Positions 53,688 through 63,306 of a stretch of DNA of 64,000 nt are shown here, one piece after another. How positions within the stretch are numbered: the first letter of the stretch is position 1; every line of letters starts with the position of its first letter. The position numbers were made by a program, and so were the translations under genes. The notes beneath the pieces are model-generated. The model was not told where the DNA came from and searched no databases. It worked only from the letters and a program-made list of their open reading frames with translations. The DNA is taken from contig DASSHB010000133.1 of assembly GCA_035693125.1 (NCBI GenBank), positions 11,270-75,269 of the forward strand, written 5' to 3'. Source of the stretch: Candidatus Limnocylindrales bacterium (GTDB lineage: Bacteria; Chloroflexota; Limnocylindria; Limnocylindrales; CSP1-4).

Positions 53688-54645
53688 CGACGATGAACTT
53701 CCCGTCGCGGTCGGGGTAGCTGCCCTCGGGTCGCTTCCAGGGCAGGAAGTTGCGCTCCATCTCGGCGGCGTCCTGGAACGTGCCGGGCGGGTCGGACTGA
53801 CCCCAGATCGACGAGTTCCACGGGTACCACGGGTCCAGGATGTAGGCGCCGCTGACCTTCGCGTCCTTGAACAGGACGGGGTCGGCATCGGCGCGGTAGC
53901 CGCTCATCACCCAGGTATGGGCGCCGCGCCAGGCCAGCAGGATCGCCGGCGAGCTCGTCTTCGAGATCGCGGCGGCCGCGCCTCGCAAGGCGCTCCGCCG
54001 GCTGGTGTAGGCCCGGATCTCGTAGCCCTTCGCGCCGTAGGCGTCCAACGCGAGGGCCATCGCCGCCGGCCCCCACTCCCCGTTGTGGCTGTCCTGGTAC
54101 GACTCCCACTCCCCGACCCGCGACGCGATCTCCTTCTCGCGGGCATCGGTCGGCGCGCCCAGCCCCAGGATCGCGAGGACGGTCGTCACGCCCGCCGGAG
54201 AGCACCAGTCGTCGCGGATCTCATGGGCGAAGACGGACGTGTGATTCTGGAGGATGTCGACGTCGACGGCGACCCGCGGAGGCGGCGTCGGGGTCGGCGC
54301 GGGAGTCGGCTGGCCGCTCGGGACCGGTGCGACCGAGGCCGCCGGACTGGGCGAGGCCGCGGGCTCCTCTCCGTCATCGCCGGGGTCGTCGGAGACCTCG
54401 ACGGTGGCCAGCGTCGGCCGGTCGGGCGGCGGGCCCGACAGGAAGCGATCGACCTTCGCCACCAGGCGTTCCCAGAGATGGCCGGCTCCGAGCGTGTCGG
54501 TGGCGATCGCGGCGCTGCCGAGGGCGCCTGCCGCCAGGACCGCGGCGAAGAGCGCAACCAGGAACGTCCGGCGACGGCTGCGGCGGCGGCGATCGACCCG
54601 GAGGGACGGGAATGGCGGGTCGACGCGGCGGGAGGGGACCTGCAA
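53662..54645 (-). CDS. membrane-anchored protein with a C39-like (papain-fold) cysteine-peptidase-like domain
   Basis: An Arg-rich N-terminus, a TM helix and a Pro-rich linker precede 'DDWCSPAGVTTVLAILG' (Cys), 'GAHTWVMSGY' (His) and 'AYILDPWY'. This pattern resembles the Peptidase_C39_2 type. The 3' end overlaps the murJ 3' end by 26 nt. Confidence 0.55.
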   Translation of the reverse strand: MQVPSRRVDPPFPSLRVDRRRRSRRRTFLVALFAAVLAAGALGSAAIATDTLGAGHLWERLVAKVDRFLSGPPPDRPTLATVEVSDDPGDDGEEPAASPSPAASVAPVPSGQPTPAPTPTPPPRVAVDVDILQNHTSVFAHEIRDDWCSPAGVTTVLAILGLGAPTDAREKEIASRVGEWESYQDSHNGEWGPAAMALALDAYGAKGYEIRAYTSRRSALRGAAAAISKTSSPAILLAWRGAHTWVMSGYRADADPVLFKDAKVSGAYILDPWYPWNSSIWGQSDPPGTFQDAAEMERNFLPWKRPEGSYPDRDGKFIVVIPTIPRG

Positions 54646-54858
54646 GGCGGGGCGGCTCCGTGCGGGCTGGTGAGCGTGACGTTGACGGCTGGAGCGTCAG
54701 CCGTGCGACGCGAGGCACCGTACACGGGCCGGCGGGTTCGCGCCCGGAGGGCCAACCCGATCGAGGTCGCGAGTGGCACGAAGGCGACGCTCCTGCGAGA
54801 ATCGCCCCGTACCGTCGCTCCGTCCAGCAACCCGTGCGCGCCAGCCCCAGGAGACCCC

Positions 54859-56064
54859 GTGGACCGCTTCGAACCCAATCTCCGCATCCCCGGCCCCACC
54901 GCCCTGCCGCCGTCGGTCCGGGAGGCCGGCGGGCGCCAGATGATCAACCATCGCGGGCCCGAGTTCGCCGCGATGCTCGGCCGGATCCTCGACGGGATGA
55001 AGCCGTTCTTCGGGACGGCGAGCGACGTGGCGATGCTCAGCTGCGCGGGCTCGGGTGGCCTCGAGGCGGCGGTGGTCAACACGCTGTCGCCAGGCGACGC
55101 GGTCCTCGGCGTCTCGATCGGCAGCTTCGGCGACCGATTCGCGAAGATCGCCGGGATCTACGGGGCGAACGTGACCAAGCTCGAGGCGGAGTGGGGCTAC
55201 GCGGCGGCGCCCGACGAGGTGCGCGAGCGACTCCGAGCGATGCCGGACGTCAAGGCCGTGCTCCTCACCCACAACGAGACCTCGACCGGGGTGATGAACC
55301 CGATCGGCGAGCTCGCCGCGGCGATCCGGGCCGAGCGGCCGGATGCCCTGATCCTCGTCGACAGCGTGTCCGGCCTGGGGGCGGTCCCCTTCCAGATGGA
55401 CGACTGGGGCGTCGACGTCGTCATCACCGGCTCGCAGAAGGCCTGGATGGCGGCTCCGGGCCTGGCGATGATCGCCGCGTCGGAGCGGGCGTGGTCGGCG
55501 ATGGAGACGGCGAGGATGCCCCGCTTCTATCTCGATCTCCGGTCGCATCGCGAGTCGGCGGCGCTGGGCCAGACGCCGTTCACGCCGGCGATTGCCGTGG
55601 TCTACCAGGTCGATGAAGGGCTCCGGCTGATGCACGAGGAAGGCAAGGACAACGTCTTCGCGCGACACGAAGCCTGCGCCGCCGCGTCGCGGGCCGGCCT
55701 GGCCGCCTTGGGGTTCGAGCTCCTCGCCGACGCGGCGGTCGCCTCGAAGACGGTCACCGCCGTCCACCTGCCCGAAGGCCACGACTGGAAGCCCTTCAAC
55801 GCGGCGATCAAGGGCCATGGCCTCGTCCTGGCCGGTGGCCAGGGCAAGCTCACCGGGAAGATCTTCCGCCTGGGCCACCTGGGCTCGGTGACCGTCGACG
55901 AGATCCTGGGTGCGATCGCCGTCCTCGAGCGGGTGACGCTTGAAGGCGGGCGCCGGATCGAGCCCGGCCGGGCCGTCGCCGCCGCGCAGGCTGCGGCGCT
56001 CGCGGTCCAGACCGGCGGCGTGGCGCCGCGGAGCGAGGCGATCGCCGCCACCGTCCCGGCGTGA
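54859..56064 (+). CDS. class V aminotransferase (serine-glyoxylate/phosphoserine aminotransferase-like)
   Basis: 'IPGPTALPPSV', 'THNETSTGV' and 'GSQKAWMAAPG' (PLP Lys). GTG start at 54859 with AGGAG 5 nt upstream. The track ORF 53917..56064 is over-extended. Confidence 0.85.
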   Translation: MDRFEPNLRIPGPTALPPSVREAGGRQMINHRGPEFAAMLGRILDGMKPFFGTASDVAMLSCAGSGGLEAAVVNTLSPGDAVLGVSIGSFGDRFAKIAGIYGANVTKLEAEWGYAAAPDEVRERLRAMPDVKAVLLTHNETSTGVMNPIGELAAAIRAERPDALILVDSVSGLGAVPFQMDDWGVDVVITGSQKAWMAAPGLAMIAASERAWSAMETARMPRFYLDLRSHRESAALGQTPFTPAIAVVYQVDEGLRLMHEEGKDNVFARHEACAAASRAGLAALGFELLADAAVASKTVTAVHLPEGHDWKPFNAAIKGHGLVLAGGQGKLTGKIFRLGHLGSVTVDEILGAIAVLERVTLEGGRRIEPGRAVAAAQAAALAVQTGGVAPRSEAIAATVPA

Positions 56065-57647
56065 GGATCCTCGTCGTCGAACCGATCGCCGCGGAGGGCA
56101 TCGAGCGCCTGCGCGCGGTCCACGAGGTCGACGAGCGGCCAGGGATCGCGCGCGACGAGCTGTGCGCGATCCTCAAGGACTACGACGCGCTCCTCGTCCG
56201 GAGCCAGGTCCAGGTCGACGCGGAGGTGATCGCCGCGGCCGGCAACCGCCTCCAGGTCGTGGGCCGTGCGGGCGTCGGCGTCGACAACGTCGATCTGGAA
56301 GCAGCCACCGCGGCCGGCATCACGGTCGTCAACGCCCCGACCGGGAACACGATCGCCGCGGCCGAGCAGACCCTTGCCCTGCTCTACGGCGTGGCCCGCA
56401 AGGTCGCGGCCGCGGATGCGTCCATCCGGCGGGGCGAGTGGAAGCGGGCCCAGTTCACCGGGCTCGAGCTGCGCGGCCGCACCCTCGGGATCGTGGGGCT
56501 CGGGAAGATCGGCCAGGCGATCGCCGCCCGGGCGAACGCGATGGAGATGACCGTTCTCGCGTCCGACCCGTACGTCAGCGCGGAGCAGGCGGCGCTGCAT
56601 GGCGTGGAGCTCGTCACCTTCGACCAGCTGATCGCGCGGGCGGACGTTGTCACGGTCCACGTGCCGCTGACACGCGCCACGCGCGGCCTGATCGGCCGGG
56701 AGCAGATCGCCCGGATGCGGCCGGGCGCGATCCTCCTGAACGTGGCCCGCGGCGGGATCCTCGACGAGGCCGCGGTTGCCGATGGCCTCCGGAGCGGCAA
56801 GCTCGCCGGCGCGGGGATCGACGTGTTCGAAACGGAACCGCCGACCGGATCGCCCCTGCTCGATGCGCCGAACACCCTCCTGACGCCGCACCTCGGCGCC
56901 TCGACCGCCGAGGCCCAGGTCCTCGTCGCGGAGGAGGTCGCCGACCAGGTCCTCGACGTGCTCGCCGGGCGACCGGCGCGGTACGCGGTCAATGCCCCGC
57001 TGCTGACGCCCGAGACGGCCCGGGCGATCGCGCCGTACCTGCCCCTGGCCGAGCTCCTCGGCCGGTTCTTCGCCCAGTTCGCGAGCGGCGGGGTGAGGAC
57101 GGTGACGCTCGAGATCGCAGGCGAGCTGGCCGGCGTCGACGCGACCCCGCTGACCGCGGCCGTGCTCCGCGGGATGATCGAGACGTCCACGACCCAACGG
57201 GTGAATCTCGTCAACGCGGCCGCCCTCGCCAAGGCCCGCGGGATCACCGTCGTCGAGCGGAAGACGCCGGACGCCGGCTCGTACGCCGCCCAGATCAGCC
57301 TGTCGGGCTCGGCCGGCGGCCGGACGACGACCGTGGCCGGGACGGTCGCCGGCGGCGAGCTGCGGCTGACCCGCCTCGACGACTACCGGCTGGACATGGA
57401 GCCATCCGAGGCGATGCTGATCACCCACCACCGCGACCGGCCCGGGATGATCGGCCGGATCGGCCAGACGCTCGGTGAGGCGGACGTGAACATCTCGGCG
57501 ATGCACGTCGGACGGAGCGCGCCCCGGGCGGATGCGCTGATGGTCCTCGCCCTCGACGAGACCGTCGCCCCCGAGGTCGCCGACGCGATCCGGGCACAGG
57601 ACTCGGTCCTGGAGCTGTGGACGATCCGGCTCGGCCGGGAGGCGTGA
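56061..57647 (+). CDS. serA: D-3-phosphoglycerate dehydrogenase (long form with ASB and ACT domains)
   Basis: 'GRAGVGVDNVD', 'GIVGLGKIGQAIA', 'NVARGGILDE' and 'TPHLGAST', plus a C-terminal ACT region 'MLITHHRDRPGMIGRIGQTLGEADVNI'. The GTG start overlaps the upstream stop (GTGA). Confidence 0.9.
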   Translation: MRILVVEPIAAEGIERLRAVHEVDERPGIARDELCAILKDYDALLVRSQVQVDAEVIAAAGNRLQVVGRAGVGVDNVDLEAATAAGITVVNAPTGNTIAAAEQTLALLYGVARKVAAADASIRRGEWKRAQFTGLELRGRTLGIVGLGKIGQAIAARANAMEMTVLASDPYVSAEQAALHGVELVTFDQLIARADVVTVHVPLTRATRGLIGREQIARMRPGAILLNVARGGILDEAAVADGLRSGKLAGAGIDVFETEPPTGSPLLDAPNTLLTPHLGASTAEAQVLVAEEVADQVLDVLAGRPARYAVNAPLLTPETARAIAPYLPLAELLGRFFAQFASGGVRTVTLEIAGELAGVDATPLTAAVLRGMIETSTTQRVNLVNAAALAKARGITVVERKTPDAGSYAAQISLSGSAGGRTTTVAGTVAGGELRLTRLDDYRLDMEPSEAMLITHHRDRPGMIGRIGQTLGEADVNISAMHVGRSAPRADALMVLALDETVAPEVADAIRAQDSVLELWTIRLGREA

Positions 57648-57666
57648 CCGATCGGAAGGGGCGGCC

Positions 57667-58476
57667 GTGACCGATGGACCGCGCCTGGCGATCCCGACCG
57701 ACCTCGAGGCGGCCCTCGTCCTCGTCCGCCACGGCGAATCGGAGCTGATCGTCCAGCATCGGTTCCAGGGCCGGCTCGAGACGCCGCTGTCCGCGACGGG
57801 CCGCCGCCAAGCCGCCCTCGTTGGCGCCCGCCTCGCTCGTCCGCACGACCGCCCGGCGCTGCCTGTTCCGGTGGGTCCGCCGCTCGCGATCGTCCACTCA
57901 CCCCTGGGCCGCGCCGCCGAGACGGCGACGGCGATCGCGACGGCACGCGACGAGACCGCCGCACTCCGTGCCGACGGCGCGTTCCTCGAGATCGGCCAGG
58001 GCGACTGGGAGGGCCGCCTCTCAAGCGAGATCCAGGCGGCCGACGGCGAGCGCCTCGCGACCTGGCGCCGCCGGCCCACCGAAGCCTGGGCCCCCGGCGG
58101 TGAGCGCCTGATCGACGTCCGGGCGCGGGTCCTGCCGGGGCTGGCGGCGATCCTCGCGGAGCTGGCAGCCGCCGGCCGTCCGGGCTCGATCGACAGCCCT
58201 CAGGTCCGCGGCTACGGCGACGCCCCGGGCGATCAACCGTGGACGATCCTCGTCGCTCACGATGGGGTCTTCAAGGTCGTCCTCTGCACCCTGTTCGACC
58301 TGCCCCTCGAGCGCTTCTGGATGTGGTCCTCGGACCTGTGCGGGATCAGCGTGATCGAGCTGCGTGCGGGCCGGCCGGTGATCCGGGCGATGAACCTGAC
58401 GGAGCACCTGGCGGCGCTCCACGACGAGGCCGCGATCGAGGAAGCCGCCGCCCGATCCCGGAGCGGGGCGCTGTAG
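57667..58476 (+). CDS. histidine-phosphatase-superfamily protein (dPGM/cobC-like); candidate phosphoserine phosphatase
   Basis: 'LVLVRHGES' (RHG), 'SPLGRAAETA', 'EIGQGDWEG' and 'ILVAHDGV' (second His). Confidence 0.8.
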   Translation: MTDGPRLAIPTDLEAALVLVRHGESELIVQHRFQGRLETPLSATGRRQAALVGARLARPHDRPALPVPVGPPLAIVHSPLGRAAETATAIATARDETAALRADGAFLEIGQGDWEGRLSSEIQAADGERLATWRRRPTEAWAPGGERLIDVRARVLPGLAAILAELAAAGRPGSIDSPQVRGYGDAPGDQPWTILVAHDGVFKVVLCTLFDLPLERFWMWSSDLCGISVIELRAGRPVIRAMNLTEHLAALHDEAAIEEAAARSRSGAL

Positions 58477-58491
58477 AGGGGACGAGCCCCG

Positions 58492-60804
58492 TCAGCGCAT
58501 CCGGCGCCGTTCTCGCCGCCGGAACGCCAGCCGGAGGAGGGCCACGCGGAGTCGCCGGTACGAGTCGCGGAGCGAGCGCATCCGGTCGTCCTCGAGCGTG
58601 CGCCGGCCGTACGCGACCTCGACCTTGGCCGACGCCACCGTCTGGAGCTCGGGGCGCGAGCCCGGCAGCACCTCGCCCAAGGCCGTCGCGTACTCGAAGG
58701 CCGTCTGGGTCGGTCTGGGGCCGAACCCGAACCGGCGGGCGATCCCGGCGACCGAGGCATAGAACCCGTCTGCGGTCGTGACGTTGCGTGGGCCGCGTCG
58801 CCAGGCGAGGAACGAGATCAGGACGATCGCGGCCAGCAGGCTGATCGTGATCGCGATCAGGAGCGGCGTGTTCGAGCTCCCGCCGCCGCTGCCCGTCGCC
58901 CCGGGGCCACCCTGGGGCCGGCCGCTCGGCCGGTCGTCGAGCCCGCGACCGGGGTCGCTGCTGCCGAAGCTCGGCAGGGCCGACGGCTTCGGGGTCGGGA
59001 TCGGCAGGACGGAGCCGATCGGAACGTCGTCGGGCCGGGCCTGGCCGTTGCCGGTCGGGTCGAACCGGTACCAGCCGATGCCCGGGAAGTAGACCTCGAC
59101 CCAGGCATGCGCGCCGCTCGTCTTGATCAGCTCCTTGCCGGTCACCACGTCGATCGCGCCCGGCAGGAAGCCCTCGACGAGCCGGGCCGGGATGCCCTGG
59201 CTCCGGAGGAGGATCGCCATCGTCGTCGCGTAGTGCTCGCAGAAGCCGGTCTTGTGGGCCGCGAAGCACTCGACGATCGAGATCTCGCGATCGCATACGC
59301 CCGCGACGTTCGTGCTGTAGTGATAGCGATCGGAGTGGAACTCCGTCTCGAGGGCGGCGGCCAGGTCGTACGGCGTGAGCGGCCCGGCGCGCTTGACCTT
59401 CGCGACGACGTCGCCGATCAGCTCCTTCGACGCCGGGCCCATCGCCGCCTGCCAGCCGCTCGTGTAGCGCCGCAGGATGTCGGCCGGGTAGTCCGTGCCC
59501 GCGGCACGGAGACGGTTGAGGGTCGTGCCGCCTGGGATGTCGGCCAGCCGTGACACGTCGGCGGTGACCGTGTACGACTCCTTGCCATCGATCGCGATCG
59601 ACTGGAAGAAGCCGTTGTCACCCGTCATGTTGAGCGTCGCGTCCGTGCTGATCCGGACCGGATCGATCGGGCTGAATGCCACCCGGAACAGGTTGCTCAG
59701 CGGCCGGACCCGGAACGTCTCCTCGTCGCGGGCGCTGCCCTGGGGCGTCTCGTCGGCCGTTCCGGCGAGGAGATCCGTCCCGGCCGGGCGCGCGGCACTC
59801 GTGGGGTTCGTGGACGTCCAGCCGAACTGAGTGAACTGGTCGTAGGCGGTCGCCCGCCAGTAGAACGGCCGGTTGTCGCCGGGTGCCCGGCTGATCTCGA
59901 GGGCCGGTGTCTCGTCGTTGGACCACGTCCCCCCGATCGTGACCTGGGCACCGAACGTGGGGATCCCGACGTTCCGGCTGTTCGGGTTCGCGGGGATGAT
60001 CCGCTGCAGCCACTGGCTGATGTCGACGAGCATCGGTCGAGCGTCGTCCCAGAACCCCGCCAGCGGCTGCGACCGGGCGGAGGCCGTCAGGGTCAGCGCG
60101 CCGAAGACGGCGGCCGCGATGAAGATCGTGCCGCCGCGCAGATAGAGCGAGCCGACGGTCGACGGGTCGCCGATCCGGCGCCGGATCCAGGTGGCTCGTT
60201 CGTCGAGCGCGTGGAGCCGGGTCAGGAGCGACAGGGCGGCGATCGAGAAGATCACGAGGAAGCCGAGCTGGTCGTTCAGGGTCGACGACATCGTCGCGAC
60301 GAGGACAGTCCCCAGGACGATGATCGGCCCGATCGGGCGGCCGTGGCGGAAGACGCTCGAGGCCGCGAACTGGCCGTTCGCCCAGCACAGCAGACCCAGC
60401 ACGAGCAGGAAGTGGCCCGTCTCCCGCGTCACCTGGAGGCCGCGCACCGCGAAGTCGATCACCGCGTTCACGCTCGACGCGGCCGTCGCCTCGTAGCGGG
60501 CCGGCAGCGAGCCCGTCGGGGCGAGGATCGAGCCGACGAGGAGTGGCACGATCAGCGCCGCGAAGGCCGCCCCGATCAGGTGGGCGAGCGGGCGGTTCCA
60601 GCCGGCCCGGGCGCCGACGAAGCCCACGAGGACGCCGCCGAGCGCGGCCCACGGCAGGAAGTCGGTCCAGGCCCGGTTGCCCAGGACCAGCGCGGCGTCG
60701 TCGAGGGACCAGCCGACGGTGACCGCCAGCAGCGCGACGAGGACCAGGCTGACCCAGCCCTCGGTCGGGGCAGCGGTCGTGCGGGCGCGCAGGCGTTCGA
60801 TCAT
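58492..60804 (-). CDS. transglutaminase-like membrane protein (TgpA-like: N-terminal multi-TM + TGase core + C-terminal DUF4129-like)
   Basis: About 6 N-terminal TM helices, then a TGase core: 'GFCEHYATTMAILLRSQGIPAR' (Cys), 'GAHAWVEVYF' (His) and 'RFDPT' (Asp). A late TM helix and a helical tail follow. Confidence 0.85.
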   Translation of the reverse strand: MIERLRARTTAAPTEGWVSLVLVALLAVTVGWSLDDAALVLGNRAWTDFLPWAALGGVLVGFVGARAGWNRPLAHLIGAAFAALIVPLLVGSILAPTGSLPARYEATAASSVNAVIDFAVRGLQVTRETGHFLLVLGLLCWANGQFAASSVFRHGRPIGPIIVLGTVLVATMSSTLNDQLGFLVIFSIAALSLLTRLHALDERATWIRRRIGDPSTVGSLYLRGGTIFIAAAVFGALTLTASARSQPLAGFWDDARPMLVDISQWLQRIIPANPNSRNVGIPTFGAQVTIGGTWSNDETPALEISRAPGDNRPFYWRATAYDQFTQFGWTSTNPTSAARPAGTDLLAGTADETPQGSARDEETFRVRPLSNLFRVAFSPIDPVRISTDATLNMTGDNGFFQSIAIDGKESYTVTADVSRLADIPGGTTLNRLRAAGTDYPADILRRYTSGWQAAMGPASKELIGDVVAKVKRAGPLTPYDLAAALETEFHSDRYHYSTNVAGVCDREISIVECFAAHKTGFCEHYATTMAILLRSQGIPARLVEGFLPGAIDVVTGKELIKTSGAHAWVEVYFPGIGWYRFDPTGNGQARPDDVPIGSVLPIPTPKPSALPSFGSSDPGRGLDDRPSGRPQGGPGATGSGGGSSNTPLLIAITISLLAAIVLISFLAWRRGPRNVTTADGFYASVAGIARRFGFGPRPTQTAFEYATALGEVLPGSRPELQTVASAKVEVAYGRRTLEDDRMRSLRDSYRRLRVALLRLAFRRRERRRMR

Positions 60805-62054
60805 CCGAGAAGCTCCCCGAGGGGGCGCCCTGGCACGAGCGCGTTGACCTTCAGCTCATACTCCGAGAGGGCGTGCCGCAGCGCGCGAGCGTGCTGGGCG
60901 GCCACCTCGGTCGTCGCGGCGTCGGGCTCCACGACCCGCTCGCCGGCCCGCGCCCGCTCGGCCCGGTCGTAGCGATCGGCGGCAGCCGCGTCGAGCGTGA
61001 CGACGACGGACCCGATCCCCTTCGCCCGGAACGCGGCAAGCGGCCGGACCCAGGCCGTGTCGGTGGAGGCGGTGATCACGACGGCGGTCATCCCACGCCG
61101 GAGCCGGCCCGCGGCGGTGACCAGGCACTCGGCGAGGGGCGTCGTCCCGTCGCCGTCGACGGCGGCCAGGAGCTGCATGATCCGGAGGTGCTGGCGGCTG
61201 CCCCGATCGACCGGGACGATCGCCTGGCGATGGCCGTTGACGGTCATCCCCACGGCACGGTTCTCGAGCAGCGCCTTGGCCGCGATCGAGGCGGCCGCGC
61301 GGACGGCGACCTCGACGGTCGAATCCTCGCCCCGGCCGCCCTGGACCGAGCGGTCGAGGTCGAGGAAGATCCAGGCGTCCGCCGTCTGCTCCAGCTCGAA
61401 CTCCTTGACCTGGATCTCGCCGTGCCGGGCCGTGGACTTCCAGTGGATCCGGTTCATCGCGTCGCCGGGCGCGTACGGCCGGACCGCCGTGGCGAGCGGC
61501 GATGTCTGGAGCGTGCGCTCCGGAGCGGCATGGCTGCCCTCGATGCTCGCCGCCGGCAGCTTCCAGAGCGGGAGCGCATCGACCCGGGGATAGACGACGA
61601 CCGCGACCCCCTGCCCGACCGACGCCGAGGCCTCGAAGAATCCGAAGGGGTCGCCGGTCCGGATCTGGAGCGGCTCCACCCGGAAATGGCCGCGCCGGGT
61701 CAGCGGCGCCCGGACGAGCCATGAGCGCTCAGCCTTCGTGCCGAGCGAGATCGCCCGGCCGGGCAGCCCACCGGGCAACGTCGTCGGGTTGTGGATCTCG
61801 AGCCAGGGCTTGGGCACCCGGCTCGTGTTGCGCAGCGTGTAGGTGATCTGGAGCCGGTCGCCGACGTGGCCGGTCAGCTGGTTGACGGCGTAGCCCGCCT
61901 CCAGATCCGCCAGGCCGAGCCGGGTCAGGATGTACGACCCGCCGACGACGAGGATCGCGAGGTAGACGAGGTAGAAGAGGAACTCGAGGCCGGTCGAGAA
62001 CGCGGCGATCAGGAGGACCGCTGCGATGACGAGGAGCTGGAAGCGACGGATCAT
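60801..62054 (-). CDS. DUF58-domain protein (vWA-like, MoxR-associated)
   Basis: Two N-terminal TM helices and 'VRPYAPGDAMNRIHWKSTARHGEIQVKEFE', the typical DUF58 signature. The stop overlaps the TGase start (ATGA). Confidence 0.85.
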   Translation of the reverse strand: MIRRFQLLVIAAVLLIAAFSTGLEFLFYLVYLAILVVGGSYILTRLGLADLEAGYAVNQLTGHVGDRLQITYTLRNTSRVPKPWLEIHNPTTLPGGLPGRAISLGTKAERSWLVRAPLTRRGHFRVEPLQIRTGDPFGFFEASASVGQGVAVVVYPRVDALPLWKLPAASIEGSHAAPERTLQTSPLATAVRPYAPGDAMNRIHWKSTARHGEIQVKEFELEQTADAWIFLDLDRSVQGGRGEDSTVEVAVRAAASIAAKALLENRAVGMTVNGHRQAIVPVDRGSRQHLRIMQLLAAVDGDGTTPLAECLVTAAGRLRRGMTAVVITASTDTAWVRPLAAFRAKGIGSVVVTLDAAAADRYDRAERARAGERVVEPDAATTEVAAQHARALRHALSEYELKVNALVPGRPLGELLG

Positions 62055-62094
62055 CGAACGCTGGCCGGCCGGTGCGGGGACGTGCGGGCGGTCG

Positions 62095-63108
62095 TCAGGC
62101 GCTCGCGGCGCCCTGCCCGGCTGGCTCGGCCGGCTTGATCGCGCGCGGGCCGGTCTGGCCGCCGGTCGGGCGGATCCCGTCGATCGGGATCGAGTCGAGC
62201 AGATCGCGGACGATCGAGCCGGCCTGGACGTCGTGGATCGACGAGCTGGTCTTGACGATCACCCGATGGGCGAGCGCGGGCTCGGCGAGGGCCTTGATGT
62301 CGTCGGGGATCACGTAGTCGCGACCGTGCAGCCCGGCCAGCGCCTGGCCGGCCCGGTACAGCGCGATCGAGCCGCGCGGCGACGCGCCGAGATAGACGTC
62401 CGGGTGGGTCCGCGTCGCGCCGACGAGCCGGACGATGTAGTCGGCCACGGTCGGATCGACGTAGACGTCGCGGATCGCGTTCTGCATCCCGCGCAGCTCG
62501 TCGACCGAGCAGACGACGTCGAGCTCCTCGAGCGGGTGGGTCCGCTTCTGCTCGTCGAGGATCACGACCTCCTCGAGCGGCTGCGGATAGCCCAGCTTGA
62601 TCCGGAGCATGAACCGGTCGAGCTGGGCCTCCGGCAACGCGAACGTGCCCTCGTACTCGATCGGGTTCTGGGTCGCGATCACGAGGAACGGATCGGGCAT
62701 CGTGTAAGTCGTGCCGTCGACCGTCGCCTGGCGCTCCTCCATGCACTCGAGGAGGGCGGACTGGGTCTTGGGCGTGGCCCGGTTGATCTCGTCGGCGAGG
62801 ACGACCTGGCTCATGATCGGGCCCGGCCGGAACTCGAACTCCTGGGTCTTCTGGTTGAAGATCGAGAGGCCGGTCACGTCGGACGGCAGGAGATCCGGCG
62901 TGAACTGGATCCGGCGGAAGCTGCAGCCGAGGCTCCGGGCGATCGCCTTGGCCAGCACGGTCTTGCCGGTGCCGGGGACGTCCTCGATGAGGAGGTGGCC
63001 CCGGCAGAGCAGCGCGACGAGGGCGAGACGGACCTCGTGATGCTTGCCGACGATCACCCGCTCGACGTTGGCGAGGACCTTCTCTCCGGTCTGCTCGAGG
63101 GTGGACAT
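62095..63108 (-). CDS. MoxR-family AAA+ ATPase
   Basis: '[11 protein letters not shown]', '[12 protein letters not shown]', '[19 protein letters not shown]' and '[24 protein letters not shown]'. GAGGAG lies 4 nt upstream of the ATG. Confidence 0.9.
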   Translation of the reverse strand: MSTLEQTGEKVLANVERVIVGKHHEVRLALVALLCRGHLLIEDVPGTGKTVLAKAIARSLGCSFRRIQFTPDLLPSDVTGLSIFNQKTQEFEFRPGPIMSQVVLADEINRATPKTQSALLECMEERQATVDGTTYTMPDPFLVIATQNPIEYEGTFALPEAQLDRFMLRIKLGYPQPLEEVVILDEQKRTHPLEELDVVCSVDELRGMQNAIRDVYVDPTVADYIVRLVGATRTHPDVYLGASPRGSIALYRAGQALAGLHGRDYVIPDDIKALAEPALAHRVIVKTSSSIHDVQAGSIVRDLLDSIPIDGIRPTGGQTGPRAIKPAEPAGQGAASA

Positions 63109-63306
63109 CAGGCTCCTCAGTGGAATCCGGACGATGGTCCGGCAGCTGGGGGGTTTGGTGGATAGTACGTCCCGTTGCGGAGGGAGGTTCGCGGAGCGTC
63201 CGGCGGCGCTGAGACGGACAGCATCGCCGGTCTGTGTCTGTTGGACGTCACGGCAGGCCGATTCGTTCAGTCACCGCTCCGTGGTCGGGCGAGCCGATCG
63301 GGCCGA

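Noticed and set aside
55602-58079. An 825-aa minus-strand ORF
   Set aside because: It is antisense to the aminotransferase 3' end, serA and the histidine phosphatase. It is low-complexity and Arg/Pro-rich, so I treat it as a shadow ORF.
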